A DNA stretch of 64,000 bases from an uncultured Candidatus Saccharibacteria bacterium (GTDB lineage: Bacteria; Patescibacteriota; Minisyncoccia; Phycocordibacterales; Phycocordibacteraceae), in assembly GCA_964550425.1 (NCBI GenBank), contig CAZJZB010000001.1, forward strand, positions 3,509-67,508. Direction: 5' to 3'. A program made the position numbers and the translations under genes. This document shows, piece by piece, positions 8,227-18,312 of the stretch (position 1 is its first letter; every line of letters begins with the position of its first letter). The notes below the pieces were generated by a model. It was not told the origin of the DNA, did not search any database, and saw only the letters and a program-made list of their open reading frames with translations.

Positions 8227-9989
8227 AACGGCTCTCACAACCCTTCGCGCGCGGATCCATCCTCCTCCTTGCTCTTATCATGAGCTCCATCATCATGACC
8301 GTTACAGTTGGTTTTTTCAATTATTTTGGAAGCGCCGTGCGCGCCGAACGATACGCCTTCGCTTCGGCGCAGGCGCGCGCGCTTTCAGAAGCGGGTATCG
8401 ACAAAGCGGTCTACGAACTCAATCAAAACAGCAACTATTCGGGAGAAAGCGATATAGCCCTTGGCAATGGCACCTTTAGTATCTCGGTTGCAAGCATCGA
8501 CAGCAACTCGAAACGCATAACCGTTACCAGTTTTGTACCGAATAGTGTGCAGCCGACTGCGACAAAAGTCGTACAAACAACAGTCAGTATAGATTCATCC
8601 GTCGTATCGTTCCATTACGGGGTCCAAATAGGAGACGGCGGCGTTACGATGAGTAGCGGTTCTCAGATTATTGGCAATATATTTTCTAACGGTAATATTT
8701 CCGGAAGCGGCACTATAACCGGCGACGCGACGGTTGCGGTTGGTATCGATTCGGTCGCCGATCAGCAATGGACCGTACAGGACCGTTCTTTTAATGTAGG
8801 AGATGTGTCCGCAGATGCGGCAGTCGCGCAAGCCGTGAAGCCGTCGGTAAACGCTTCTCTTGCGGGAATAAAACTGAATATGAAAAAGGTTGGGAACCCT
8901 GGAGATCTCGTCGTCAAATTCGTGGCCGACAACAACGGGAAGCCGTCGACGACCGTGCTTGCCAGCGGTACGGTCCCGGCTTCGCTCGTCACCTCCTCCT
9001 ACGGTTTCGTCGATGTTACGCTCGATAGCACCCCTTCCCTTACGGCGAACCAGTCATACTGGATTATCGCGATCGCCCCCGTAAATGTGAGCAACTATTT
9101 CATCTGGGGATTGGATATCAATGAGGGGTACTCGCGCGGCGCCGCCAAACGCAGCAGCAACTGGAGTGCGCAGCCAGCATCATGGAGCAATATCACCGGA
9201 GATCTGAATTTCAAAATGTACATAAGCGGTATTTCAACCTCGCTCACCGGAGTGACGGTAAATGGAAATGCGTGGGCGTCTTCGCTTTCAGGATGTACCG
9301 TCGGCGGTAATGCGTCCTACCAGACCACTTCAAGTTGCACTGTTTCGGGTACGAGCACTTCCGGAGTAATTCCCGCCACGCCGGCGCCACTCCCCATTTC
9401 TGACGCGCAGATCGCGGAATGGGAGACGATTGCCGCAGCGGGAGGTACGATAGCGGGGCCGTATTCGATTTCCGGTACCCAGACATTAGGACCGAAAAAA
9501 ATCGATGGGGATCTCACTGTGACAAATGGAAACACCCTCATACTCTCGGGCCCCGTGTGGGTGAATGGGGATGTGGAGTTTTCAAATAACGCCACACTTC
9601 TCGTCTCGCCGAGTACCGGTACGGGCGGCGCGATAATTATTGCGGATGCGACGGGAAATACGGCAGTCAAAGGGGTCGTGAATATCTCGAACAACGTCAC
9701 CATCAACGGGAACGGAAGCACAAACAGTTTCCCAATGATCATAAGTACGAATACCGGATCGAATGCGATTGAATTATCCAATAATGCGTCCGGTGTCATC
9801 CTGTATGCGCCGTACGGCGGCGTAGAGGTCAGTAATGGCGCCAGTGCAAATCAAATAACGGCAAAACACCTGGAACTGGAAAATAATTCAAGCGTGACGT
9901 ATGTGAACGGACTGCAGAACGCCAGCTTCTCAAACGGTCCGGGCGGCTCGTGGACAGTAGTACCGGGCACCTACGCGATCACGAGATAA
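8223..9989 (+). CDS. PilX-like minor pilin/adhesin with large beta-rich extracellular domains
   Basis: RG|SILLLAL without Glu5, ARALSEAGI (PilX N-terminal type), Ser/Thr/Gly/Asn-rich body. Confidence 0.8.
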   Translation: MKRLSQPFARGSILLLALIMSSIIMTVTVGFFNYFGSAVRAERYAFASAQARALSEAGIDKAVYELNQNSNYSGESDIALGNGTFSISVASIDSNSKRITVTSFVPNSVQPTATKVVQTTVSIDSSVVSFHYGVQIGDGGVTMSSGSQIIGNIFSNGNISGSGTITGDATVAVGIDSVADQQWTVQDRSFNVGDVSADAAVAQAVKPSVNASLAGIKLNMKKVGNPGDLVVKFVADNNGKPSTTVLASGTVPASLVTSSYGFVDVTLDSTPSLTANQSYWIIAIAPVNVSNYFIWGLDINEGYSRGAAKRSSNWSAQPASWSNITGDLNFKMYISGISTSLTGVTVNGNAWASSLSGCTVGGNASYQTTSSCTVSGTSTSGVIPATPAPLPISDAQIAEWETIAAAGGTIAGPYSISGTQTLGPKKIDGDLTVTNGNTLILSGPVWVNGDVEFSNNATLLVSPSTGTGGAIIIADATGNTAVKGVVNISNNVTINGNGSTNSFPMIISTNTGSNAIELSNNASGVILYAPYGGVEVSNGASANQITAKHLELENNSSVTYVNGLQNASFSNGPGGSWTVVPGTYAITR

Positions 9990-10023
9990 TCGACACTCGC
10001 CTCGCTCGCTGAAGAGCTCGAAG

Positions 10024-11238
10024 CTAAATTGCCGATGAGAGCGAATAAATCGGCGCAATCATCGAGACCGCGAAGACACCGACGACCGTGCCGATGAGGA
10101 GCATAAGGACCGGTTCAATGATGGTCGAGAGATCTTTTGTCTTTGCCGCAACATCCGCTTCGTAAAACTCGGCGACTTGTTTCAACATCTCGGCGACTTT
10201 GCCGGTCTCTTCCCCCACCGCGACCATCTCACTCATTAAAATTGGATAGAGTTTCGTATGTTCAGCAAAGGATGTGGAAAGGAGTTCCCCTTTCTTTACA
10301 TGCATCTCGGCTTCTTCCACGACCCGTGCGAATGCATCCGCACGCACAACTTCTTTAGTTATAGAAAGTGCATCGAGCACCGGTACGCCAGTGGAAAGAA
10401 GCGATGAGAGAGTGCGGGATGCGCGCGCCGTATAGGTCTCGCGCACAAGTTCGCCGATAACCGGCAGATGAAGCGCTATCGCAAGCACTACCCTGCCTCC
10501 GAACCTTGAACGAATGAAAAGAACGCCGCCCACAAAGAACACGACAAGTCCCATAAGGACCAGAACGGCATGTGTCACCATAAAGTTCGATAGGGCGACG
10601 ATGGCGCGAGTCGCAAGCGGTATTTGTACCCCGAGTTGGATAAAGGTACTGGTCAATGTCGGTACCACGTAAATAAGCATCAATATACCGACAATGACGA
10701 CGGCGACAATAATGATTGCCGGATAGATCATCGCGCCTCTGATTTTACGCACCAATTCTTCCGCCCGCTCCATCTGAAGGGCGACGACAGTGAGCGCATC
10801 GGCAAGAGCGCCCGACTCCTCACCCGCTCTTACCATCGCGACAAATAACCCGGAGAATATCTTTGGATACTCAATTAACGCAGTATGGAACGACGATCCT
10901 TTTTTAATCGAGTCGGAAACCCCTAGCATAATCGCCTTCAAGCGCTTGTTGCTTGATTGCCGCTCGATGACCGAGAGTGCGCGTGAGAGCGAGAGACCGG
11001 CGGCAAGCATCGCAGAGAGATTCTTCGCCGTCCGAATAATCTCCGAGCGCTTCACGCCGGTGCCGATGCTGTACGAGAGCCACGCAGGAAGTTTAAGGAT
11101 TGTATCGCTTTCTTTAATTTCGACAACAACACTTCCCTCTTTCTGTATCTGGTCGTACACCGCGAAGCGCGAGGGCGCTTCGACAGTCCGTGTTTGATCA
11201 GGCACTCCCTCCTTCCGTACAGTGATGCGGAATTTCAT
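10024..11238 (-). CDS. pilC: Type IV pilus platform protein PilC (T2SS F family)
   Basis: AGEESG, AMIYP, VGEETG, IIEP. Confidence 0.93.
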   Translation of the reverse strand: MKFRITVRKEGVPDQTRTVEAPSRFAVYDQIQKEGSVVVEIKESDTILKLPAWLSYSIGTGVKRSEIIRTAKNLSAMLAAGLSLSRALSVIERQSSNKRLKAIMLGVSDSIKKGSSFHTALIEYPKIFSGLFVAMVRAGEESGALADALTVVALQMERAEELVRKIRGAMIYPAIIIVAVVIVGILMLIYVVPTLTSTFIQLGVQIPLATRAIVALSNFMVTHAVLVLMGLVVFFVGGVLFIRSRFGGRVVLAIALHLPVIGELVRETYTARASRTLSSLLSTGVPVLDALSITKEVVRADAFARVVEEAEMHVKKGELLSTSFAEHTKLYPILMSEMVAVGEETGKVAEMLKQVAEFYEADVAAKTKDLSTIIEPVLMLLIGTVVGVFAVSMIAPIYSLSSAI

Positions 11239-11290
11239 ACGCATAATCGTAGCATGCAAACAAACACAGAATCCATGTTACTATAAATCT

Positions 11291-11512
11291 ATGGCTACAT
11301 TTACCTCACACAATAAGCACAGCCCTCTGGCTTTTGAAGAAGCCCGAGAGAGTGTCGTCCGCCTTTCTACACTTAAGCCGTTTCTTACGTCCGCCGATGA
11401 AGAAACACTCTCAATTCTTATGGATAAAAAGCTTGTTGGTGATTTGCGGAAAAGCATCTCTGACGGCGGTATAGGGAAAGTGTCTTCTTTGCGCGGCATT
11501 CTATCGCGCTAG
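11291..11512 (+). CDS. Putative antitoxin
   Basis: Small ORF directly upstream of a RelE-like gene; ETLSILMD tail resembles the Phd/YefM C-terminal helix. Confidence 0.65.
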   Translation: MATFTSHNKHSPLAFEEARESVVRLSTLKPFLTSADEETLSILMDKKLVGDLRKSISDGGIGKVSSLRGILSR

Positions 11513-11525
11513 AAACACTTTTCTC

Positions 11526-11810
11526 ATGTATCGGCGGCTCGTTTCCAATTCAGCAAAACGCTCAATTAAAAAATTGCCACTCGCCGTCCGAAAAGCATTG
11601 TTTGAGGAGACCCAAGTTCTTGAACAAAATCCACATATCGGAGAAAAACTTTCCGGATCCCTCTCTTCTCTACACTCGTTTCATTTTTCAGTTAATGGCA
11701 TCACCTATCGCTCCGTCTACACGGTTGATGAAGAAAGACAAGAAATAACTTTCCATCTCGCCGGAGTTCGCGAAAACTTTTACGAGAAAGTGAAGCGGAT
11801 GTTCCGCTAA
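11526..11810 (+). CDS. RelE/ParE family toxin
   Basis: AKRSIKKL, NPHIGEKLSG, YRSVY, GVRENFY. Confidence 0.85.
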   Translation: MYRRLVSNSAKRSIKKLPLAVRKALFEETQVLEQNPHIGEKLSGSLSSLHSFHFSVNGITYRSVYTVDEERQEITFHLAGVRENFYEKVKRMFR

Positions 11811-11811
11811 T

Positions 11812-11847
11812 AAAAAACCGCACAATCCCCTCTCGGAAACTGCACGG
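11812..11847 (-). terminator. Intrinsic terminator with its U-tract on the minus strand
   Basis: Minus strand CCGTGCAGTTTCC-GAGA-GGGGATTGTGCGG-TTTTTT. Confidence 0.6.
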
Positions 11848-12150
11848 CTGTTCGCGAAAATCTCCAGAGGGCTACGGATCAAAAGTTTTAAATGCAAATC
11901 AAGAAGCGGCGTTAGAGGAGAGAGATTTCCGCTTCTTTTCGCTTGCGCGGTCCGAAGCTCGCGCCGCTTCTGTTTTTGCTTTTGCAACTATGACCCATAG
12001 CCTTATAGAGACTTTCTATGAATATTGACCTTGTACACACCTTCAGGCAATGCAAAACACCTTGTAAATCTTCCACGCCTTGGTAGATTTACAATGATAA
12101 AGTCAGCAGATCCACACATTTGATACATTTTATGGTTTTACATACCATAA

Positions 12151-12372
12151 AACTATGCAATTTACACACAAACAGTTTCCTTTTATTTCTGGCGAACGCA
12201 TACGGGCGCCGAGATAGATATCGTTCGCGAGTCCGGCGGCGCTATCGCTGCGATCGAATGCAAGTGGTCCAAGAGCGGTAAAGAGCCGGCCCTCTGGCGG
12301 CGGACCTACCCGGAGAGCACTTTCGCGACCATCAATCGCGACAATTATCTCCCCACACTTCTTGATCAGTGA
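12151..12372 (+). pseudogene. C-terminal remnant of an AAA ATPase/DUF4143-type protein
   Basis: Frame without a start codon: YFWRTHTGAEIDIVRE...AIECKW...INRDNYL*, with an in-frame TAA at 12148. Confidence 0.75.
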
Positions 12373-12422
12373 TTCTTTGTTCCTTCAGGAACCGTTCAAT
12401 CGACATGTGGAAATAGCGATGG

Positions 12423-14171
12423 TTATTCGGTGACGGCGCGCATCACTTCCTCAATGCTGGTGATGCCGCGCGCGGCTTTGTAGAGACCGTCTTCAAACAT
12501 AGTGAGCATACCTTCCTTTTTTGCCTGCGCTTCTATAGCATCGCTTGTGCTCGAGCGAAGCATGATTTCTCTGATGGCGGGCGAGATAGCGAGAACTTCA
12601 TGAATACCAATGCGACTTTTGTAGCCATCTTCGCATTCGGCAGAGGGCAGTGGCCGATAGAATGGGATAGTGTCGATCGAGGAGTCCTTCTTCAGCAGTT
12701 TCTCGTCCCGAAGCGCCTTAAATGCGATGTCGAATTCCCCATCGCGCGCAATTTTTGCGCGCGTGGCTTTGTCTAGAGTGTACTCTTCTTTGCTCCCGCA
12801 AAGTTTTCGTACGAGCCGCTGTCCGATAATGACACGGATGGTCGAGACAAGAAGGAATGGTTCAACGCCCATATCAATAAGGCGCGGAATAGCGCCCGCG
12901 GCGCTGTTGGTGTGAATGGTTGAAAGTACCAGATGGCCGGTCAACGCAGCATTAATGGCGAGCGAGGCCGTTTCGCTGTCGCGGATTTCCCCGACCATGA
13001 TAATGTCCGGGTCCTGGCGCACAAGCGATCTCAGACCGTTGGCAAAAGTGAATCCTATTTGAGGATTCACTTGCGTTTGATTAACGCGCTTCATTTGATA
13101 TTCAATAGGGTCCTCAACTGTTGAAATGTTTACATCCGGCCGGTTTAAGATATCGAGCATGGTGTAGAGGGTCGTCGTTTTACCAGAGCCGGTCGGTCCC
13201 GATATGAGAATGATGCCAGTTGTCTGCTTGAGAGCATGGTGGATGCGCTCCATATTTTCGCCATGGAGACCGAGTGCCTCCATAGTGAAACCCTCGCCGG
13301 TTTCTCGCAGGAGGCGCATGACCGTCTTTTCGCCGAAAAAGGTTGGGAGGATCGACACGCGGAAGGACACCTTGTCGGCCTCGGTTTCCATCTTGAAACG
13401 GCCGTCCTGCGGAAGGCGTTTTTCGTCGAGTTTCAGATTGGAGAGTACTTTGATACGTGCGACGATGCCTGCCGCTGCCGCCCTCGGCAAGGTCATTGCG
13501 TCGTGGAGGATACCGTCAATGCGGTAACGGACCAGCACTTCGGTCTCCAAGGGTTCGATATGGATGTCCGAAGCGCCTTGCACGATGGCGTGTCGCAACA
13601 GTGTGTCGACGATGCGCACGATCGGCAAGTCCTCGGCCATTTTCTTCAGTTCACTGTCGGAAAGATCTCGGTTGTTCTCAGCGATGGCGCTGATTTTCCC
13701 CGCCTCGGTTGAAATAATGTCCCCGAACTCGTCCTTGAGCGACTTCTGATACTGCAGGAGTGCGGACTTGATACTCTCAGTGTCGGTCAATCGCGACAAT
13801 ATATTGAGCCCCGTCTTTTTGCGCACCGAATCGATTGATGCAAGGTCTTCGACATCGAGCATTCCCACTTCAAGCGAATCGCCCTCTTTCCGAAATGCAA
13901 TAATATTGTGCGTGCGTGCGATCGGTTCCGGAATGAGCGCGAGCACGTCGGGAGGGATGCGGCGCTCTTTCAAGTTCACGAAGGGGATGCCAAGCACATA
14001 GGCCTGAATGCGTCGCAGAGCATCCTCGGTCAGAAAGCCGCGCGAGACGAGGATATCGCCAAGTGGCTGCCCGCGTTTTGTCGCTTCGAGGGCGGCAGCA
14101 TCAATTTCCTTCTTGGCGACGATACCCGAATCGGTAATGAACTCTTTCATCTCGCTTTCCAACACGTGCAT
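12423..14171 (-). CDS. pilB: Type IV pilus assembly ATPase PilB (GspE/PulE family)
   Basis: ASDIHIEP, RLPQDGR, GPTGSGKTTT, EDPIEY, RQDPDIIMVGEIRD, TGHLVLSTIHTN. Confidence 0.95.
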   Translation of the reverse strand: MHVLESEMKEFITDSGIVAKKEIDAAALEATKRGQPLGDILVSRGFLTEDALRRIQAYVLGIPFVNLKERRIPPDVLALIPEPIARTHNIIAFRKEGDSLEVGMLDVEDLASIDSVRKKTGLNILSRLTDTESIKSALLQYQKSLKDEFGDIISTEAGKISAIAENNRDLSDSELKKMAEDLPIVRIVDTLLRHAIVQGASDIHIEPLETEVLVRYRIDGILHDAMTLPRAAAAGIVARIKVLSNLKLDEKRLPQDGRFKMETEADKVSFRVSILPTFFGEKTVMRLLRETGEGFTMEALGLHGENMERIHHALKQTTGIILISGPTGSGKTTTLYTMLDILNRPDVNISTVEDPIEYQMKRVNQTQVNPQIGFTFANGLRSLVRQDPDIIMVGEIRDSETASLAINAALTGHLVLSTIHTNSAAGAIPRLIDMGVEPFLLVSTIRVIIGQRLVRKLCGSKEEYTLDKATRAKIARDGEFDIAFKALRDEKLLKKDSSIDTIPFYRPLPSAECEDGYKSRIGIHEVLAISPAIREIMLRSSTSDAIEAQAKKEGMLTMFEDGLYKAARGITSIEEVMRAVTE

Positions 14172-14331
14172 ATGCGATGAAGTATAGCGCGCTTCGCCCC
14201 TACAGGGTACGCAGTAGCACCTATTAACACTGTCATACCTACACTCATTGACAATGAGTGAGTGGAGAATAAACTATAGAAGTTAATACAATTGCCAGAA
14301 ATTATTCATTATTTACAGTCGCACATAATGT

Positions 14332-15375
14332 ATGGGAAATAATCTTATAGTAAAAATCGTCGTCGGAGCAGCATCCTTCGGAGTGGTCATGCCAGTATTT
14401 GCACATGGCGAAGAAACCACACCCGTTCCTCCGCCTATCAAACCGACCATTTTCCAAGAAGTAAAAGATATTCAACAGGATGTTCGGGATACTCGTCAAG
14501 AAATGAAAAAGGAGATAAAAGACGTGCGACAGGATACGCGCAAGGAAATAAAAAATGTCCGCCAGGAAGCAAAGCAGGAATTCAAGGATGTGCGGCAAGG
14601 CGCCCGTGAAGAATTTAAGAACACCAAGCAGGAAATGAAGACCGACGTAAAGGAACTTCGCGATACTGCGCGTGGAGAAATGGAAAATATCAGAAAAACA
14701 GGCGATACGGCAGAAATTCAAGCAAAACGAGAAGAATTGAAAGCGGCTATGGAGCAAAAAAGAGAAGAGTTCAAGCAGAAATTGGATGACTCAAGGAGGG
14801 ATGCAAAGGCGCGTATGGATGTGAAAAAGCTAGAACTGAAAAATCGCCTTGTAAAAATAAAGGACGAAAAGAAAAAGGCAGTCGTTGAGAAAATTGACGG
14901 CCGACTTGACGAGCTGAACGCGAAGCGCCTCGAGCATTTTTCCGAAGTTCTCGTGAAAATCGGCGCGGTTATGGAAAAAATAAATATTCGGGTTGAAAAA
15001 GCGGCGGCTAGAGGGCTTGATGTTAGCGCGGTGCGAACGGCCTTGACTCTAGCCGATACGGCAATAGCAGCCAGCAAAACGGCCATTGTAAGCCAGACCG
15101 CAAAAACATACATTATCACGGTTACGGATGAAGCAACGCTTCGCCAGAACGTCGAGACAGCGCGGCAGGCCCTCCGGACAGATCTGAAGGCGGTTGAACA
15201 GACCGTAAAAGATGCGCGTGAGGCCGTACGAAAGGCAGCAACAACTCTTGCGGGCATTCGGGGCATTAATGACGCTGATACGCAATCAGCCACCGCACCA
15301 GTTACTGCAGAAACAGGAACGACGGAAACCCAATCCCAATCCCAAACCGGCACAACCGAAACCGTTACACAATAA
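14332..15375 (+). CDS. Secreted coiled-coil protein with 11-residue repeats
   Basis: Signal peptide ending VFA|H; repeats such as DVRQDTRKEIK, NVRQEAKQEFK, DVRQGAREEFK. Confidence 0.8.
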   Translation: MGNNLIVKIVVGAASFGVVMPVFAHGEETTPVPPPIKPTIFQEVKDIQQDVRDTRQEMKKEIKDVRQDTRKEIKNVRQEAKQEFKDVRQGAREEFKNTKQEMKTDVKELRDTARGEMENIRKTGDTAEIQAKREELKAAMEQKREEFKQKLDDSRRDAKARMDVKKLELKNRLVKIKDEKKKAVVEKIDGRLDELNAKRLEHFSEVLVKIGAVMEKINIRVEKAAARGLDVSAVRTALTLADTAIAASKTAIVSQTAKTYIITVTDEATLRQNVETARQALRTDLKAVEQTVKDAREAVRKAATTLAGIRGINDADTQSATAPVTAETGTTETQSQSQTGTTETVTQ

Positions 15376-15403
15376 AAGGTACTATCACTAACAACTCTCG
15401 TAT

Positions 15404-15631
15404 ATGAACAACAATGTTATCGTCCTCGCGGTCGTTATCGTTCTTATCGCTCTTGGCGTGTGGGCTTGGAATTCATCCTCGTATCAACCAAGCACGACGG
15501 AGACATATCCTGCAACGTCTCCGACAACGGAAGATACTACGACCGCCATTACCGATGATTTGTCAGGCATCCAGGTAGAAACGAGCGATGCGGACCTCAA
15601 CGCGTTGGACACGGATCTTCAAAATCTCTAA
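15404..15631 (+). CDS. Small membrane-anchored acidic protein
   Basis: N-terminal TM helix, Thr-rich linker, DLNALDTDL tail. Confidence 0.75.
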   Translation: MNNNVIVLAVVIVLIALGVWAWNSSSYQPSTTETYPATSPTTEDTTTAITDDLSGIQVETSDADLNALDTDLQNL

Positions 15632-15654
15632 TCCCCGAACAGTAAAAAAGAAAC

Positions 15655-15677
15655 CGGGCGCGCCGTTGGCGCGCCCG
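15655..15677 (+). terminator. GC-rich terminator hairpin
   Basis: cgggcgcgcc-gtt-ggcgcgcccg. Confidence 0.6.
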
Positions 15678-15769
15678 TTCTCTTCATAATTTCAGTTCAT
15701 GTATAGAAAAGTGTAACGCGCCGAAAGCATGACCTCGGCGCGTTATGCGAAATTGCAGGGTGTGGGATA

Positions 15770-15967
15770 TCATCCGGCGTCGTACATACGAACGTATCCG
15801 CCGCACTTTGTGCAATGTACGTCGCCATCATGCCACGTCGAGTCGTAGTTCCGCACTTCCTGCTCGGCCGGAGGAGCTCCGCAACCCGGACAATTTGGTG
15901 AAGAAACTGCAAGTGCATGAAGGACTTCCACGTGAACAAACAACAGTGATTTTTTACTCCTTCTCAT
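15770..15967 (-). CDS. Small zinc-ribbon protein
   Basis: CPGC...CTKC pair; strong AAGGAGG Shine-Dalgarno sequence upstream. Confidence 0.65.
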   Translation of the reverse strand: MRRSKKSLLFVHVEVLHALAVSSPNCPGCGAPPAEQEVRNYDSTWHDGDVHCTKCGGYVRMYDAG

Positions 15968-16105
15968 AGCGAATCCCTCCTTTTTTCTCCTCGCACCCTA
16001 CTCCTCAACTTCGATTGACGCAACTTTCTCTTTTTGCTATCATGCGCCTACTTGAATGCCCCATAGGGGCTTTCTTATTAAAAAAGTGCGACATACATAT
16101 TCCAT

Positions 16106-17470
16106 ATGATTGATTTAAAAACCATCAATGCAGTGCTCGGAGAGTTTGAAGATCGCGGTATTACCCGCGAAACGATGATTGATGCCATCGAGGTCGCCAT
16201 GGCGACCGCCTACAAGCGCGAATACGGCAAGCGCGGCCAGGTCGTACGCGCGAAACTCGACCTCTCGACCGGCACTATTTCTTTTGAACAGGTGAAGACC
16301 GTGGTGGACGATACCACCGTGCGCTTCCCTACCCCCGATGAAGAAGCAGTGAAGGAACATGCGCACCCCCACGGATTTCATGCCGAGGAAGAGCATCTTG
16401 CGGACGGCGAATTGCCACGTTTCGATCCAGAAAAACATATTCTTCTTGACGACGCAAAACGCATGAGACGCGGGGTTGGAGTGAGCGAAGAGATAATCTT
16501 CCCGCTCGAACCGCAGGACGACTTCGGCCGCATTGCGGCGCAGACCGCCAAGCAGGTGGTCATCCAGAAAGTGCGCGAGGCCGAAAAACTCTCCATGATG
16601 GAGGAGTTTGGCGAGAAGAAGGGTCAAATAGTCGGTGGCATTGTGCAGCGCATGGAGCGCGGTGCGATCTTCGTTGATCTTGGCCGCACGACCGGCATCA
16701 TTCCCTACGAGGAACAGATTCCGGGCGAGCGGTATCGTATGGGCGAGCGCATCCGCGCCTATCTGTACGCAGTGGATGAGGGATTCCGCGGCGTATATCT
16801 TCGGCTTTCTCGAGCACATCCCCAGTTTGTGGTGAAGCTTTTTGAAATGGAGGCGCCGGAACTCGCAGCCGGCTCTATTGAGGTCAAAGCGCTTGCGCGC
16901 GAGCCGGGCAGTCGCACCAAAATTGCCCTCGCCTCGCTTGATGCGCATGTCGACCCTGTCGGCTCCCTTGTCGGCCAGCGCGGCGTGCGCGTCTCGACGG
17001 TCATGAGCGAGCTCGGCGGTGAGCGTATCGACATTATCGAATGGAACGCTGACGCGAAGGAATTCGTGAAGGAGGCACTCTCCCCAGCTACTCCAATTGA
17101 CGTGGTATTGAATGAAGATGATCATCGCGCGACTGTAACGGTCTCCGAGGATGAACAGTCGCTCGCTATCGGCCGCGGCGGACAGAATGTCCGCCTCGCG
17201 GCGAAACTTACCGGCTGGAACATAGATATTGTCTCCGCGGGAGGTAACGAGGTGGCGGAATCCAACGGAGAATCAGTCGCCATTACGGCCAATGAAGAGG
17301 ATCCAGCCGAAGCGGCGGGGCTCATGCCGACCGAGAGTGTTGAGATCGTTACCGACGAAGCCCCTCAGATCACTCGACTCCCCGCCGAGGAAGAATTAAC
17401 CGCACTTCCGGCTTCTGATGAGACCGCGGCCGATGCGGAAGAGGATCGCGACAAAGCGAAAGACGAATAA
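16106..17470 (+). CDS. nusA: Transcription termination/antitermination factor NusA
   Basis: FGRIAAQTAKQV, S1 and KH domains, AIGRGGQNVRLA; acidic tail. Confidence 0.97.
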   Translation: MIDLKTINAVLGEFEDRGITRETMIDAIEVAMATAYKREYGKRGQVVRAKLDLSTGTISFEQVKTVVDDTTVRFPTPDEEAVKEHAHPHGFHAEEEHLADGELPRFDPEKHILLDDAKRMRRGVGVSEEIIFPLEPQDDFGRIAAQTAKQVVIQKVREAEKLSMMEEFGEKKGQIVGGIVQRMERGAIFVDLGRTTGIIPYEEQIPGERYRMGERIRAYLYAVDEGFRGVYLRLSRAHPQFVVKLFEMEAPELAAGSIEVKALAREPGSRTKIALASLDAHVDPVGSLVGQRGVRVSTVMSELGGERIDIIEWNADAKEFVKEALSPATPIDVVLNEDDHRATVTVSEDEQSLAIGRGGQNVRLAAKLTGWNIDIVSAGGNEVAESNGESVAITANEEDPAEAAGLMPTESVEIVTDEAPQITRLPAEEELTALPASDETAADAEEDRDKAKDE

Positions 17471-17472
17471 CG

Positions 17473-17523
17473 AGGCGCTAGGCACTAGCAGGTATTTAAC
17501 TAAATCCTAGCGCCTAGCGCCTA
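17473..17523. repeat. Heptamer-repeat hairpin (TAGGCRC-type units)
   Basis: aggcgctaggcactag...ctagcgcctagcgcct; related units at 32314-32345. Confidence 0.6.
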
Positions 17524-17542
17524 CTCCTGCTATCTTTTATCT

Positions 17543-18061
17543 ATGAACTTATTACACGATATTGATTCGGGCACGAAGGAAGAAATGAACGTCATTATCG
17601 AGATCCCGAAGGGCTCCCACAATAAATACGAGATAGATAAGAAGACGGGAGTCATCAAACTTGACCGCGTTCTCCATAGCGCGCAGGACTACCCATTTGA
17701 CTACGGGTTCGTGCCGCAAACACTCTGGGATGATGGCGATGCGCTCGACGTCGTCCTGCTCACCACACATTCGCTTGCGCCCGGCATTCTTGTCCCCGCA
17801 AGGATGATCGGTATTCTGCACATGACCGACGGCGGCGAAGCGGATGAGAAAATTATCGCGGTTGCCTCGGGCGATCCGCGCTACGCTTCCGTGAAGGATA
17901 TAGGGGATGCTAATCAGCATGTGTTGAAGGAGATAGCGCATTTCTTCGCGACCTATAAACAAATTCAGAAGAAAGAGGTCGTTGTCGGTGAGTTCGAGGG
18001 TCGTCTTGCGGCCGAGACCGCATATGAACGCGCACGAAAGATGTATGATGGTTCAAAATAG
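17543..18061 (+). CDS. ppa: Family I inorganic pyrophosphatase
   Basis: EIPKGS, KYE, YGFVPQT, DDGDALDV, HFFATYK. Confidence 0.96.
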   Translation: MNLLHDIDSGTKEEMNVIIEIPKGSHNKYEIDKKTGVIKLDRVLHSAQDYPFDYGFVPQTLWDDGDALDVVLLTTHSLAPGILVPARMIGILHMTDGGEADEKIIAVASGDPRYASVKDIGDANQHVLKEIAHFFATYKQIQKKEVVVGEFEGRLAAETAYERARKMYDGSK

Positions 18062-18062
18062 T

Positions 18063-18290
18063 ATGAACAACGAGCCGCTACTTCCTTCTGGCGACACAAC
18101 TCTACAGACCAACATGCCTGCAACGCCTAGTACCGTACCGTTCGGGACACCCTCTCCAAAGGCGCAATCCTGGGGTGCCCTCATCTCCATCATCATCATC
18201 GTGCTCATGATCATCATCGGCGCGTTCTATTCCTGGGGCAAAAGGATCGCCGAGGTGAATGTTCCCATAGAGCCCTCGATCGTACAGTAA
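18063..18290 (+). CDS. Small single-TM protein
   Basis: WGALISIIIIVLMIIIGAFYSWG. Confidence 0.7.
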   Translation: MNNEPLLPSGDTTLQTNMPATPSTVPFGTPSPKAQSWGALISIIIIVLMIIIGAFYSWGKRIAEVNVPIEPSIVQ

Positions 18291-18312
18291 AACATAAAAT
18301 CTATTTATACTT

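Noticed and set aside
14318-14345. dif site (gtcgcacataa-tgtatg)
   Set aside because: XerC-like arm only; no TTATGTTAAAT-like XerD arm.
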